This document shows, piece after piece, positions 48,864 to 59,475 of a DNA stretch of 64,000 nt. The first letter of the stretch is position 1. Each line of letters begins with the position of its first letter. The notes under the pieces are model-generated. The model worked only from the letters and a program-made list of their open reading frames with translations. It did no database searches and was not told the DNA's origin. Origin of the DNA: Ruminococcus sp. (GTDB lineage: Bacteria > Bacillota > Clostridia > Oscillospirales > Acutalibacteraceae); contig JAFNSO010000027.1 in assembly GCA_017384945.1 (NCBI GenBank), positions 2,931 to 66,930 on the forward strand, given 5' to 3'. The position numbers and the translations under genes were made by a program.

Positions 48864-49250
48864 ATGAAAAAATGCGACTACTGCGGTAAGGAAATTACAT
48901 ATTTTGAGCAATACTGCTGCGACGAGTGTCAGCGAAAGACGCTCGACTTCTACGATTATCAGGCAAAATACTCCAAGTTCTTCGGAATAGTAAACGCCGT
49001 TTGCGTAATGGGGATCCCGATCGGGCTGTTTATGTTCTCGCTCGTCAGACCGATTGGCTTTACGATGATGAGCTTCGCGGTGTTATTTTTAGGGCTTATG
49101 ATTGTTATTTTCCCCTTCCCCGTTGAAAATATGATTTCGTCAATGAAGCTCAAAAAGGCGGTCGACGTCACGAGGATAATCGGAGCCGTACTTCTGGCGC
49201 TGGGAATTTTGCTTGTAATTCTCGACTTCATATTTTTTATAAGATTTTAA
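48864..49250 (+). CDS. Zn-ribbon membrane protein (DUF2116-like)
   Basis: CDYCG..YCCDEC followed by three TMs. Confidence 0.6.
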   Translation: MKKCDYCGKEITYFEQYCCDECQRKTLDFYDYQAKYSKFFGIVNAVCVMGIPIGLFMFSLVRPIGFTMMSFAVLFLGLMIVIFPFPVENMISSMKLKKAVDVTRIIGAVLLALGILLVILDFIFFIRF

Positions 49251-49326
49251 ATATAAAATATTATTTTTTTGAATAAAAACCTCCGTTTCGGTCATAATAA
49301 GAGTGGCTGAAAAGGAGGTATTTTTT

Positions 49327-49548
49327 ATGATTTTGGATAGAATCGCGCTTGTGCTCTCTATTATCGGCGGACTCAACTGGGGTCTTGTCGGAATTTTTCA
49401 GTTCGATTTGGTCGCCTATATCTGCGGCGGTCAGACAGGAATAGTCAGCAGGATTGTGTATATCCTCGTGGCGATTTCGTCAATCTGGTGTATTTCGCTT
49501 TTGTTCAGAGAAAGAGACTACAACCATACAAGCGTGAGAGCGCAGTAA
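49327..49548 (+). CDS. DUF378-family small membrane protein
   Basis: IIGGLNWGLVGIFQFDLV..SRIVYILV. Confidence 0.9.
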   Translation: MILDRIALVLSIIGGLNWGLVGIFQFDLVAYICGGQTGIVSRIVYILVAISSIWCISLLFRERDYNHTSVRAQ

Positions 49549-49594
49549 GGAAGGCGTGCCGAACGGCACGCCTTAATTTACGTTAATTGTTTAA

Positions 49595-50803
49595 TTATTT
49601 AAGTGATTCGACGATCGCCTTTGTGTCTCTCGCGATAACGAGCTCCTCGTTTGTGGCGATAAGCTCAACGCGGATTTTGGAATTGTCGGTCGAGAGCTTG
49701 CCTTCGTTGCCGTGTACGCAGGCGTCGTTCGCCGCGTAGTCCATCTCAACGCCGAGAGGCTTTAAGTAATCGCAAACAGCCTTTCTGAGCGACGGCTGGT
49801 TCTCACCGAGACCTGCTGTGAACACGATTCCGTCACAGCCGCCGAGTGCAACATAGTAGGAACCGATGAACTTCGCGATCTGATAGTAAAGCATTTCGTG
49901 AGTGAGTCTTGCGCGGTGGTTACCCGCTTCCTCAGCCGCGGCGATGTCGCGGTCGTCGGAGGAAACGCCCGAAATACCGAGCAGACCTGATTTTTTGTTG
50001 AGGATAGTATCCATATCAGCAGCTGAGAGACCCTCTCTCTCCTGAATGAAGGTTACAACCGACGGGTCGAGCGAGCCCGAGCGGGTACCCATCATAAAGC
50101 CGTCGAGCGGAGTAAGACCCATTGAGGTGTCGATTACCTTGCCGCCGTCGATAGCGGTGATTGAGGAGCCGTTGCCGATGTGACAGGTGATGAGCTTTAA
50201 GTCCTTGATGTCCTTGCCCATACGCTTAGCCATTTCGCCGCTTACAAAACGGTGCGAGGTGCCGTGGAAGCCGTAGCGGCGGATAGCGTACTTCTCGTAA
50301 TACTCATAAGGAATAGCGTACATATACGCCTTTTCGGGCATTGTGCTGTGGAAGGCTGTGTCGAATACAACAACCTGAGGAACGTCCTTGCCGAAAACCT
50401 CCTCGCTGGAGATGATACCCTGAGCGTTCGCGGGATTGTGAAGAGGAGCGAGCGGTCCGAGCTTCTGGATCGAACGGATAACGCCGTCGTCAACGAGGCA
50501 TGACTCGTGGAAGATGCTTCCGCCCTGTACTATTCTGTGACCGACAGCGGAAACCTCGGAGAGTTCCTTGATAACGCCTACCTCGGGGTCGAGGAGCATA
50601 TCCTTTACCTGTGTGAACGCGACAGCGTGGTCGGGCATAGCGACTTCCTTCTTGATGTTGACGTCGCCCGCCTTGTAGCCGATGAAGGAGCCGTCGTCGC
50701 CGATACGCTCGCAGTTGCCCTTTGCAAGAACGCTCTCATCGGTCATATCGATGAGCTGATACTTGAGCGAGGAGCTGCCCGCGTTTATTACCAAAATTTT
50801 CAT
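49595..50803 (-). CDS. ackA: Acetate kinase
   Basis: NAGSSSLK, GHR, APLHNP, FDTAFH, YGFHGTSH, TNEEL. Confidence 0.97.
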   Translation of the reverse strand: MKILVINAGSSSLKYQLIDMTDESVLAKGNCERIGDDGSFIGYKAGDVNIKKEVAMPDHAVAFTQVKDMLLDPEVGVIKELSEVSAVGHRIVQGGSIFHESCLVDDGVIRSIQKLGPLAPLHNPANAQGIISSEEVFGKDVPQVVVFDTAFHSTMPEKAYMYAIPYEYYEKYAIRRYGFHGTSHRFVSGEMAKRMGKDIKDLKLITCHIGNGSSITAIDGGKVIDTSMGLTPLDGFMMGTRSGSLDPSVVTFIQEREGLSAADMDTILNKKSGLLGISGVSSDDRDIAAAEEAGNHRARLTHEMLYYQIAKFIGSYYVALGGCDGIVFTAGLGENQPSLRKAVCDYLKPLGVEMDYAANDACVHGNEGKLSTDNSKIRVELIATNEELVIARDTKAIVESLK

Positions 50804-50929
50804 AATTTTGTCCCCTTTGATTATTGAATTATTTTTTAAATCATACTATACTATAATAAACTAAACGAACTCATTTTGCAAGTTTTTTTTAGAGAAAATG
50901 CAGGATTTTACAAAAAAATGGAGCAATTT

Positions 50930-52081
50930 ATGAATTTTAACGCGATAATTTGCGAATACAACCCGTTTCACAACGGTCACAAGTACCATATTGAGCGGGT
51001 CAAGACCGAAAACAATGCGCCCACGGCGGCGATTATGAGCGGAAGCTTTACCCAAAGAGGTGATGTTTCCGTTACAGATAAATTCACAAAAGCGAAAACC
51101 GCGGTCGAAAACGGAGCGGATTTGGTTGTCGAGCTGCCGACCGTTTACGCGCTCGGCTCGGCCCGGACCTTCGCGAGAGGCGGAGTAGGGATCGCCGAGG
51201 CGATGGGCTGTGTAAAAAACCTCTGCTTTTCAGCCGAGAACGCCGACAAAGAACTTTTAACCGAAACCGCTCGGGCGTTCGAGGACGAAAAATTCAAGGC
51301 TGAGCTCAAGAATAATATGCAAAGCGGGGACTACTACCCGCAGGCGGTCGAAAAGGCAATGCGAAAGGTTTTCTCCGACCGACACGCAAATATCGTCAGC
51401 GAACCGAACAACATTCTCGCGGTCGAGTACATACGCGAGTCAAAAACACTCGATTTCATTGTTACAAAAAGAATGGGCGCGGCGCACGACTCGACGGGAG
51501 GAAGCTCCTCGATAAAAAGCGCGTCCGAGCTCAGACAAATGCTCAGAAGCGGAAAAGACATCTCCCCCTTCAGCCCGTCAAAGCTGAGCGAAACCGCCGA
51601 CGTTGAGCGGCTCGACAGAATTATCCTCTACAAGCTCAGAACAATGACTCAAAGCGAGCTCAGACTCCTCCCCGACGTCAGCGAGGGGCTCGAAAACAGA
51701 ATCGCCGAGGCGGTCAAAAGCTCCGTTTCGGTCGCCGAAATCCTCGAAAAGGTAAAGACCAAGCGCTACACAATGGCGAGACTGAGAAGAATACTTCTCT
51801 GCGCTCTGCTCGGGATCACCGATGAAATGGGCAAATGCACTCCCCCCTACATAAGAGTCCTCGCCTTCAACGCGCGCGGAGCCGAAATGCTCGGCGAAAT
51901 CAAGAAAAGCTCAAGTATCCCTCTGATTACAAACGTCGCCGACGGGTACAAGAGTCTCGGCGACAGCGCGAAAAGGATTTTTGACATCGACATTCTGGCA
52001 ACAGACGTTCTGGCTCTCGCCTTTAAAAACCCAAAGCCCTGCAAGCTCGATTTCACCCGGGGCGTTATAGTTATAAAATAA
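50930..52081 (+). CDS. tmcAL: tRNA(Met) cytidine acetate ligase (YlbM-like HIGH nucleotidyltransferase)
   Basis: EYNPFHNGH, SGSFTQRG, PNNILAVEY, EGLENR. Confidence 0.88.
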   Translation: MNFNAIICEYNPFHNGHKYHIERVKTENNAPTAAIMSGSFTQRGDVSVTDKFTKAKTAVENGADLVVELPTVYALGSARTFARGGVGIAEAMGCVKNLCFSAENADKELLTETARAFEDEKFKAELKNNMQSGDYYPQAVEKAMRKVFSDRHANIVSEPNNILAVEYIRESKTLDFIVTKRMGAAHDSTGGSSSIKSASELRQMLRSGKDISPFSPSKLSETADVERLDRIILYKLRTMTQSELRLLPDVSEGLENRIAEAVKSSVSVAEILEKVKTKRYTMARLRRILLCALLGITDEMGKCTPPYIRVLAFNARGAEMLGEIKKSSSIPLITNVADGYKSLGDSAKRIFDIDILATDVLALAFKNPKPCKLDFTRGVIVIK

Positions 52082-52113
52082 GAAAAGCGTGCCCGGGGCA
52101 CGCTTTTCCGATA

Positions 52114-53514
52114 TTATACAGGATAAACCTTGTTTTTAGTGTCGCCGAGCTCGGGGTCGAAGCCCGCCTTGGCGGCTCTTCTTTTTTCAAAGAATTTGGT
52201 TGCGACCTCGGGGAACTGAGCGTATGATAATACGTCCTCGTCCTGCTCGATATACTGCGGGATTTCAGCGCGGAGCTTTTCGAGCTCGGGCTCGATCAAA
52301 TCCGCGGGACGGCAGGTAATCGGCTTTTCGTCGCCGATAATCGACTTTCTGAACTCAGGGTCAATCGGCATCGGAGTTGTGCCGTACTTGCCCTCGATTA
52401 TTCCTCTGAACTCCTTTGTGACCATCTGGTAACGCTTGCCCGTGATTACGTTGAACACAGCCTGAGTACCGACGATCTGTGAGGTCGGAGTAACAAGCGG
52501 CGGATAACCCGCATCCTTACGGACTCTCGGAACCTCGGCGAGACACTCGTCGAGCTGATCCTCCTTGCCCGCCTGCTTGAGCTGGGAAATAAGGTTGGAG
52601 AGCATTCCGACCGGAACCTGATACAAAAGCGCCTTTGTATCGGCTGTGAGAATCTTTGTGTCGAGAAGTCCCGAGTCAATGTACTTCTTTCTGAGCTCCA
52701 TAAAGTAGCTTCTGATTTCGGTGAACGCTTCGAGGTTGAGACCCGTATCGTACTCGCTGCCCATGAGCGCCGCAACCATCGACTCTGTCGGGGAGTGCGA
52801 CGTACCCTGCGAGAGCGGAGAAATCGCGGTGTCGATTATATCGGCGCCCGCCTCGACTCCCTTGAGGAGACACATCGAGCCGAGACCCGAGGTGTAGTGG
52901 GTGTGCAGAGCAACGGGAAGGTCTACCGCTTCCTTGATTGCCTTGACAAGCTCATACGTTTTATACGGCGTGAGAAGCGCAGCCATATCCTTGATGCAGA
53001 TCGAATCCGCGCCCGCGTCGGCGATACGCTTCGCGTAATCAACATAATACTCGTTTGTGAAAACGGGGCCTGTTGTGTAGCTTATGGCTACCTGAGCGTG
53101 AGCTCCCTCTTTTTTTGCCGCCTTGATAGCGCTTTGGAGGTTCTTAATATCGTTGAGCGCGTCGAAAATACGGATAATATCAATACCGTTCGCGACGCTC
53201 TTCTGTACAAAATACTCGAGCACATCATCCGCGTAGTGGCGGTAGCCGAGCATATTCTGTCCGCGGAAAAGCATTTGAAGCTTTGTGTTCGGGCAGTTCT
53301 CACGGATCGTGCGGAGTCTCTGCCACGGATCCTCGTTTAAGAATCTGAGACAGCTGTCAAACGTCGCTCCGCCCCAGCACTCGAGAGAATGATAGCCGAT
53401 TTTGTCGAGCATTGGAAGTACGGGAAGCATTTCCTCGGTCGTCATTCTTGTAGCGATAAGACTCTGGTGGGCGTCGCGAAGAGCTGTTTCGGTAACTAAA
53501 ATCTTCTTTGCCAT
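52114..53514 (-). CDS. Pyruvate/oxaloacetate carboxyltransferase (OadA / transcarboxylase 5S-like, no biotinyl domain)
   Basis: LRDAHQS, WGGATFD, IKDMA, HTH, PPLVTPTSQ. Confidence 0.92.
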   Translation of the reverse strand: MAKKILVTETALRDAHQSLIATRMTTEEMLPVLPMLDKIGYHSLECWGGATFDSCLRFLNEDPWQRLRTIRENCPNTKLQMLFRGQNMLGYRHYADDVLEYFVQKSVANGIDIIRIFDALNDIKNLQSAIKAAKKEGAHAQVAISYTTGPVFTNEYYVDYAKRIADAGADSICIKDMAALLTPYKTYELVKAIKEAVDLPVALHTHYTSGLGSMCLLKGVEAGADIIDTAISPLSQGTSHSPTESMVAALMGSEYDTGLNLEAFTEIRSYFMELRKKYIDSGLLDTKILTADTKALLYQVPVGMLSNLISQLKQAGKEDQLDECLAEVPRVRKDAGYPPLVTPTSQIVGTQAVFNVITGKRYQMVTKEFRGIIEGKYGTTPMPIDPEFRKSIIGDEKPITCRPADLIEPELEKLRAEIPQYIEQDEDVLSYAQFPEVATKFFEKRRAAKAGFDPELGDTKNKVYPV

Positions 53515-53524
53515 ATTCTACCTC

Positions 53525-53887
53525 TTAATTCATAGTAAGGAGAACCTTACCTGTGTCAACGGCGTCGCCCGCTGTGACCTCGATTGAAGCAACAGTTCCG
53601 TCCTGAGCCGCCTTTACGGGGGTTTCCATCTTCATAGCCTCAATGAATATGAGGTCCTGACCCGCCGAGACCGCCTCGCCTGTCTTAACCTCAACTCTTA
53701 CGACCGTACCGGGCATGGGAGCCGTAACCTTAACAGCGCCAGCGCTTCCCGAAGGAGCCGCAGCGGGCTTGGGAGCGGGAGCGGGAGCCGCCGCGGGAGC
53801 GGAGGTCTGAACAGCGGAGGAAGAGCCGAGCTCCTCAACCTGAACATCGTATGCTGTGCCGTTTACTGTGATGCGTAAATTTTTCAT
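53525..53887 (-). CDS. Biotin carboxyl carrier protein (1.3S-like)
   Basis: Ala/Pro linker, APMPG, EAMKME. Confidence 0.93.
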   Translation of the reverse strand: MKNLRITVNGTAYDVQVEELGSSSAVQTSAPAAAPAPAPKPAAAPSGSAGAVKVTAPMPGTVVRVEVKTGEAVSAGQDLIFIEAMKMETPVKAAQDGTVASIEVTAGDAVDTGKVLLTMN

Positions 53888-53904
53888 AAGTATTCCCCTA
53901 TCTA

Positions 53905-55212
53905 TCAAATTGTTGAGTGCTTTTTGGAAAGAGTTTCAACTCTCTTGCCCGAAAGCATATACATTGTAGTTGTGATTGCCTTTCTGAGCTCGTCCTCGGT
54001 GAGAACGTCGTCGACGTAGCCGTTTTCGCACGCCTTTTCAGCCGAGAGGTTTTCAGCCGCGAACTGAGCGGCTGCAGCCTTCTGCTCCGCGACGGGAACG
54101 TTCATCTTCTCGGGAGCGAGGATCAGAGCGGCGGCTTCAACGCTTACGGGGCTGATGACAGCGCCGTCGAGCGCGAAAACAACGTCGGCGTTAGCGCCCG
54201 CGCCCGCGAGAGCGATGTAGGAAGCTCCGACCGCCGTACCTGTAACGACGGAAATCTTAGCCGTAGTCGCCTCGGCGTAGGCGGAAGTAACCTTTGCCGC
54301 GGACTTTATGTCCTCAAAGCCCTCCGCGTTGACGAAGGTGAGCACAGGAAGCGAAAAAGCGTCGCAGAAGCGGACGAATCTCGCGATTTTATTAGCGTCA
54401 TCGGCGGAAACAATGCCGCCGAGCGTATTTACGAGACCTACTGTTTTGCCGTCGATTCTTCCGAAGGCGGTTCTCGAGATGTCTCCGAAGTCCTTTGAAA
54501 GCTTGAACGCGGAGCCCGCGTCAACGACCTTGGAGCCTATGCAGTCGCCCGGCTCCGGGTCAGCCGACTCAAAGGCGTACGGCTCGACAATATTATTGAG
54601 CGGGAGATATGTAACAAGCTCCTTTGCCTTTTCAACGGCGTCGGCGCTGTCCTCTGCGACAACAGAGGCGACTCCCGACTTTGCGTTGTAATCCGCGTCG
54701 CAATTACCACCCATCTGATCGAGCGAAAGTCTCGAGCCCTTTGTAACTATTACAAAATCAGCGCATGAAGCGTTGAGAGCCGAGGTACCGATACAATCGC
54801 CGAGCACGACGGAAATCTGCGGAACGACGCCCGAAAGCTGTGAAGCCGCGTTCAGAACCTCGCCGTAGCCCTGCAAAAGCGCGTTGCCCTCGTCGAGTCT
54901 GCCGCCCTTTGAATCGTAAAAGCCGACAACGGGCGCGCCTGTCTTGAGCGCGAGGTCGTAAATTTTTTTGAGCTTAGCCGCCTGAGCCTTGCTCATTGCT
55001 CCGCCGCAAAAATCGGGGTTCTGAGCGAAGGCGTAAACAAACACTCCCTCAACCGTACCGTAGCCCGCGACAACCTCGGCGTAAGAATCCCGGGATTTCG
55101 CGAGAACATCAACGCTCATAAAGTCTCCGTCGTCAAAGAACGACTCCAAAAGCTTATAAGCGGCGGTCGAGGCGATTGACGCCTTAGCCTGAGTTACATT
55201 CTCTATACTCAT
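53905..55212 (-). CDS. Acyl-CoA carboxyltransferase subunit (12S/PccB-like, divergent)
   Basis: [20 protein letters not shown]-terminal KKH. Confidence 0.85.
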   Translation of the reverse strand: MSIENVTQAKASIASTAAYKLLESFFDDGDFMSVDVLAKSRDSYAEVVAGYGTVEGVFVYAFAQNPDFCGGAMSKAQAAKLKKIYDLALKTGAPVVGFYDSKGGRLDEGNALLQGYGEVLNAASQLSGVVPQISVVLGDCIGTSALNASCADFVIVTKGSRLSLDQMGGNCDADYNAKSGVASVVAEDSADAVEKAKELVTYLPLNNIVEPYAFESADPEPGDCIGSKVVDAGSAFKLSKDFGDISRTAFGRIDGKTVGLVNTLGGIVSADDANKIARFVRFCDAFSLPVLTFVNAEGFEDIKSAAKVTSAYAEATTAKISVVTGTAVGASYIALAGAGANADVVFALDGAVISPVSVEAAALILAPEKMNVPVAEQKAAAAQFAAENLSAEKACENGYVDDVLTEDELRKAITTTMYMLSGKRVETLSKKHSTI

Positions 55213-55754
55213 AAGTAGTCCTCCTGTTATTGGTATATATACATACTAATTATATATTATTCACCGCGAAATCGCAAGATAAAATTTGAACGCGGGCGAA
55301 ATTAAACATATTCAATACTTTATTCCTTAATCTCAGTTTCCTTTTGTCTATTTTTCACTCCGCTCCTGAACAAAAAACCGACAACAAAATAATCATTTTT
55401 TGATTAACTTCACCTGATTATCGCTAATTATATATATGTTGTACCTAATTCTGATAAAATAATCTAAATTTATGTAATTTTGTACAGTTTTACATATTGA
55501 CCGTCGGCAATTACGACAAACAGAACAAATGAAAAGGTCGATATTACACATATCTCACAAAGAATTACAAAATTAAATTTTTCGCAATGTAAATTTACGT
55601 CACATCCTTAATCAATGTGCTGTTTTTACACCCTAAAATCAGAGTCTCCCAATTTGAGTTTTTAAAAAATTTTGTTTATAATATATAATAACTATAGGAA
55701 TAACTATTAATTATACACAAAAATATTTTACAAAACTATAAAGAGGGTGATTTT

Positions 55755-57437
55755 GTGAGCACGAATAAAATAAAGACAAGAGCTTCAGTTTTTATCGCAA
55801 TGATTGTATTTATTGTCGGAATTTGCATTTCCGCGGTAATTACTTACGCGGACGCTTACTACACCATCAGGCTCGAATACAAATACAGCGACGGCAGCAT
55901 CGCGCATGATCCCTACGTCGCGGTTTTCCCCGAAAACGAAGAGGTAAACGTAACCGTCAGCAATCCAATCATCCCGGGCTACAAGCCGATGGACTCTTTG
56001 GATGAGAACGCTGTGGAGAGCGAAACCACCACTCTCAGTTTTACGCTTACCGAAAATCATACAATTACTGTCTACTACGTGCCCGACCTCGTTCACTACA
56101 AGGTGCGTTACTTCAAGCAGAACATAAGGGACGACCTTTACACAGAGGATCTTTCGCTTTCAAACGATTATTACGAGCGCACGGGTTACACGGGCGAATA
56201 TCCGACTTACCTTGAGGAACTCAGGTTTGACGGCTTTACGACTCTGTTTCACGAGCCCGACTTTATCGCCGCGGACGGTTCCACCGTGTTTATGGTTTAC
56301 TACGACAGAAACTACTATCTCATAAACTTCGACCTTGACGGCGGCTACGGCGTCGAGCCTGTTTACGCGAAGTACGGCTCGCTCTACACAATATCCGAGC
56401 CGCATCGACTGGGTTACACCTTCGCGGGCTGGCACCTTGCCGATGAACAAGGACACTTTATCGACAACGACGGCAATATAATCACTCAGGCGCAGGCCGA
56501 AACGGAAGCCGAAAAGTTCACCAGCGGAACCGTACCTGACAAAAACGTAACCTACAAGGAGAACACTGAAATGACCATCAAAAGAACGGCAGCGCTTGCT
56601 ATTGCAATTTTCCTTTGTATGTCATCTTTCATCGCACACGCCGCGGACTCGTATCTTACCATCGACGGCTTCGTATTTGAAATCACAGAGGGAACGGCGG
56701 TCATTCACGATTATGACGACCGCTCAGCCGATGTGGTGATTCCCGAAAAGCTTCTCGTGAACGTGGAAGTGATTGATGACTACACATTTTTTGAAGACAA
56801 GGGTATCACTTCTGTCTCGTTTGAAAAATCAAAGCGGCTGAAGCGAATCGGCGTGAACGCCTTTTACGGCTGTACGGGGCTGAAAAGCCTTGAGCTGCCC
56901 GAGTCGCTTAATGAGCTGGGGTTCGGAGCCTTTCAGAACTGTGAAAACCTCGGGTCGGTCGCGCTTCAATGCGAGGTTGCCTCTATCCCGTCTCAGTGCT
57001 TCCTCGGTTGCAAAAAGCTCAACGGAGTTGTCCTTCCCGATACGCTCACCGAGATTTCCTCACACGCCTTCTCGGGCTGCGGGTCGCTCAGCGACATAAC
57101 GATCCCATCGGGCGTGACAAAAATCGCGGACGACGCGTTTTCGGGCTGCGGGAGCCTCAGAATCTTCTGCGACGAGGGCTCATACGCCCAAGCCTACGCC
57201 GAAGCTCACGGTATTGAGTGTGTGCTTATAAGCGCCTACCCCGACGGCGACGCGAATATGGACGGCAAATTCAATATTTCCGACGCTACATTCATCCAGA
57301 AATCGCTTGTAGGAATAAAGCAAATCAACTCCAATCTGCAAAAAAAGCTTGCCGACACTAACCGCGACGGCAGAATAAGCGTCAGAGACGCGACAAATAT
57401 TCAGATGTACCTCGCGGGGATAACCGACGAGCTTTGA
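55755..57437 (+). CDS. Chimeric ORF: truncated surface protein (MucBP-like + InlB B-repeat) fused in frame to an LRR-dockerin gene that has its own start at 56571
   Basis: First signal peptide at the N-terminus; INFDLDGG..GYTFAGW repeat; internal AAGGAG (56556-56561) and ATG (56571) followed by a second signal peptide; BspA LRRs; C-terminal dockerin GDANMDG..SDATFIQ..DTNRDG..RDATNIQ. Confidence 0.8.
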   Translation: MSTNKIKTRASVFIAMIVFIVGICISAVITYADAYYTIRLEYKYSDGSIAHDPYVAVFPENEEVNVTVSNPIIPGYKPMDSLDENAVESETTTLSFTLTENHTITVYYVPDLVHYKVRYFKQNIRDDLYTEDLSLSNDYYERTGYTGEYPTYLEELRFDGFTTLFHEPDFIAADGSTVFMVYYDRNYYLINFDLDGGYGVEPVYAKYGSLYTISEPHRLGYTFAGWHLADEQGHFIDNDGNIITQAQAETEAEKFTSGTVPDKNVTYKENTEMTIKRTAALAIAIFLCMSSFIAHAADSYLTIDGFVFEITEGTAVIHDYDDRSADVVIPEKLLVNVEVIDDYTFFEDKGITSVSFEKSKRLKRIGVNAFYGCTGLKSLELPESLNELGFGAFQNCENLGSVALQCEVASIPSQCFLGCKKLNGVVLPDTLTEISSHAFSGCGSLSDITIPSGVTKIADDAFSGCGSLRIFCDEGSYAQAYAEAHGIECVLISAYPDGDANMDGKFNISDATFIQKSLVGIKQINSNLQKKLADTNRDGRISVRDATNIQMYLAGITDEL

Positions 57438-57470
57438 TAAATTCACCAATTCCTTAATTTTCTTTCATAA

Positions 57471-57559
57471 AGAAAGCGTACGTATTTATTTACGTGCGCT
57501 TTCTGCCTTTTATGACGGATATTTTAATGAAAAAAGGACAGGCTTTACGCTTGTCCCTT
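57471..57559. terminator. Pair of terminators for the convergent dockerin gene and rluB
   Basis: AGAAAGCGTACGTA/TACGTGCGCTTTCT and GGACA(G)/(T)TGTCC hairpins. Confidence 0.65.
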
Positions 57560-57562
57560 ATC

Positions 57563-58303
57563 TTATCCCTTATTGCTGCCCGAATTGAGGAGCTTTTTTA
57601 CCTCGTCGGCTGTTAGGTCGCGCCACATTCCGCGCTTCAGCTTTCCCATTTTAACCGAGCCTACGGCTATTCTTCTCAGCCTCGTAACGTCTACGCCTAC
57701 AGCCTCGCACATCCTGCGGATCTCGCGGTTTCTGCCCTCGTGAAGCACAAACTCGACCGACGCTCTGTCCTCCTCGCGTTTCATAACTCTGACCTCGCAG
57801 GGAGCTGTCTTTCGACCGTCGATTTCGATTCCCGAGCTGATTTTCTTCGCCTGCTCCGCGGTGAGGTCGGGAATTACGGTGACATGGTAGACCTTGTTGA
57901 TTTGCTTTTTCGGGTGCGTTACAGTGTTGGCGAACTCTCCGTCGTTCGTGAGCAGGAGCATACCCTCGGAATCCTTGTCCAGTCTGCCGACAGGATAAAC
58001 ACGCTCGGGGATGTCCTTGATCAAATCCGCGACGCACTTTCTGCCGCGCTCGTCGCTCATTGTGGTGACGTAGCCGCGCGGCTTGTTGAGCATTATGTAC
58101 CTTTTTCCGCCCTTCTTTTTAAGGACGATCCTCTTGTTGTGAACGTATACCTTGTCGAGGTCAGGGTGAACCTTGTCGCCCAGCTCGGCGCGTCTGCCGT
58201 TGATTTTTACGGCGCCGTTCTCTATCAGTGTCTCGGACTTGCGGCGTGAGGCAACCCCACAGTCCGCCATAAATTTTTGAAGCCTTACGAGCTTAGAACG
58301 CAT
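57563..58303 (-). CDS. rluB: rRNA pseudouridine synthase (RluB/RsuA family)
   Basis: S4 domain SRRK; GRLD; EGRNREIRRM; located downstream of scpAB. Confidence 0.85.
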   Translation of the reverse strand: MRSKLVRLQKFMADCGVASRRKSETLIENGAVKINGRRAELGDKVHPDLDKVYVHNKRIVLKKKGGKRYIMLNKPRGYVTTMSDERGRKCVADLIKDIPERVYPVGRLDKDSEGMLLLTNDGEFANTVTHPKKQINKVYHVTVIPDLTAEQAKKISSGIEIDGRKTAPCEVRVMKREEDRASVEFVLHEGRNREIRRMCEAVGVDVTRLRRIAVGSVKMGKLKRGMWRDLTADEVKKLLNSGSNKG

Positions 58304-59417
58304 TTTGCAACATTCCTTTTATAACGTCTAAAAATGATTTATTTTCTATTAACGAATTATTATTTTCAATCGCCCTCAGCTTATGAGAGGCAATTATTTT
58401 TCCTTTATAGAAGTATTCCACAGCGCCGAGCGCTTGCTTTTTCTTTACGGGCGCGTAGATAAAATTGTCGAGAAGCATTTTGCTCTCGATTTTTTCCTTA
58501 TCGGCGGCTTTTGTGACAAAAACGCTCCTCCCCTCGCCCACCACGGTTGTAAAGGGCTTTTTACCGCCGACCGTCGGGACGTCGAGACAAAGGTCGGTGT
58601 CGTCGAGCTCGTTCATTTTGTATGTATTAAAGCCGTAGTCGTACAGACTCATATGGTCAGCCCAGTCGCGCCTGTCGTCAAGCGTCACGCAAACGAGCGT
58701 CAGCCCGTCCTTTTTCGCCGCGGAGACAAGGCACCTGCCCGCCGCTGTCGTAAAGCCTGTTTTTCCGCCGATACAGTGCTTGTAAAGCGATAAAAGGCGG
58801 TTGTGGTTGGAGTAGGTTGTGGTTTTATTCTTAGGCTTTATAAAGCTCACCGTGGCCGTTTTTCGGGCGGTAAGAGCGCGAAAGTCGGGGTTTTTGAGCG
58901 CCTGAGCCATCAGTACGGCGAGGTCAAGCGCCGAGGAATAATGCTCCTGAGCGTCAAGCCCGCTCGGGGTCACGAAATGGGTATTCATCATTCCGATTTC
59001 AGCCGCGCGTCTGTTCATAAGCTCAGAGAATTTTTCAACGCTGCCCGCTATTGAAATCGCGGCGGCGTTCGCCGCGTCGTTGCCCGAGCAAAGCATAAGC
59101 CCGACAGCCAAATCGCGCAGCGTCACACGCTCGCCGACCTTTAAGTACATACTGCTGCCCTCGGCAGTCATTTCCTTAGTGAAGGTGACGGTCTTATTAT
59201 TTTTCGCGGCGTACTCGAGCGTAAGCAGGGTTGTCATAAGCTTCGTGGTAGAAGCGGGCTTCATCGGTTTATTTTCGTTTTTGGAATAATAAACAGCGCC
59301 GTTATCGGCACAGTACAGTACCGCCGCCCCTGCCGAGACGGAAACCTCGGCGCAGTGAGCCTTTATCGGAGCAAAAGTTATAAAGAACGCGATAATAACG
59401 CAGGCAAGCCTTTTCAT
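58293..59417 (-). CDS. D-alanyl-D-alanine carboxypeptidase (S11, DacB/DacF-like)
   Basis: STTK, SGN and KTG motifs; signal peptide. Confidence 0.92.
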   Translation of the reverse strand: MKRLACVIIAFFITFAPIKAHCAEVSVSAGAAVLYCADNGAVYYSKNENKPMKPASTTKLMTTLLTLEYAAKNNKTVTFTKEMTAEGSSMYLKVGERVTLRDLAVGLMLCSGNDAANAAAISIAGSVEKFSELMNRRAAEIGMMNTHFVTPSGLDAQEHYSSALDLAVLMAQALKNPDFRALTARKTATVSFIKPKNKTTTYSNHNRLLSLYKHCIGGKTGFTTAAGRCLVSAAKKDGLTLVCVTLDDRRDWADHMSLYDYGFNTYKMNELDDTDLCLDVPTVGGKKPFTTVVGEGRSVFVTKAADKEKIESKMLLDNFIYAPVKKKQALGAVEYFYKGKIIASHKLRAIENNNSLIENKSFLDVIKGMLQNAF

Positions 59418-59475
59418 ACAATCACCAATTAATTATATGAAAAAGCCGACGAAATTATAACCTTTCCGCTGTATG

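Noticed and set aside
49595-52081. Divergent ackA-tmcAL pairing as a novelty
   Set aside because: This is a familiar neighbourhood in Clostridia.
55213-55754. 540-bp AT-rich intergenic region as an sRNA or origin
   Set aside because: No convincing structure, DnaA-box cluster or repeats; consistent with divergent promoters.
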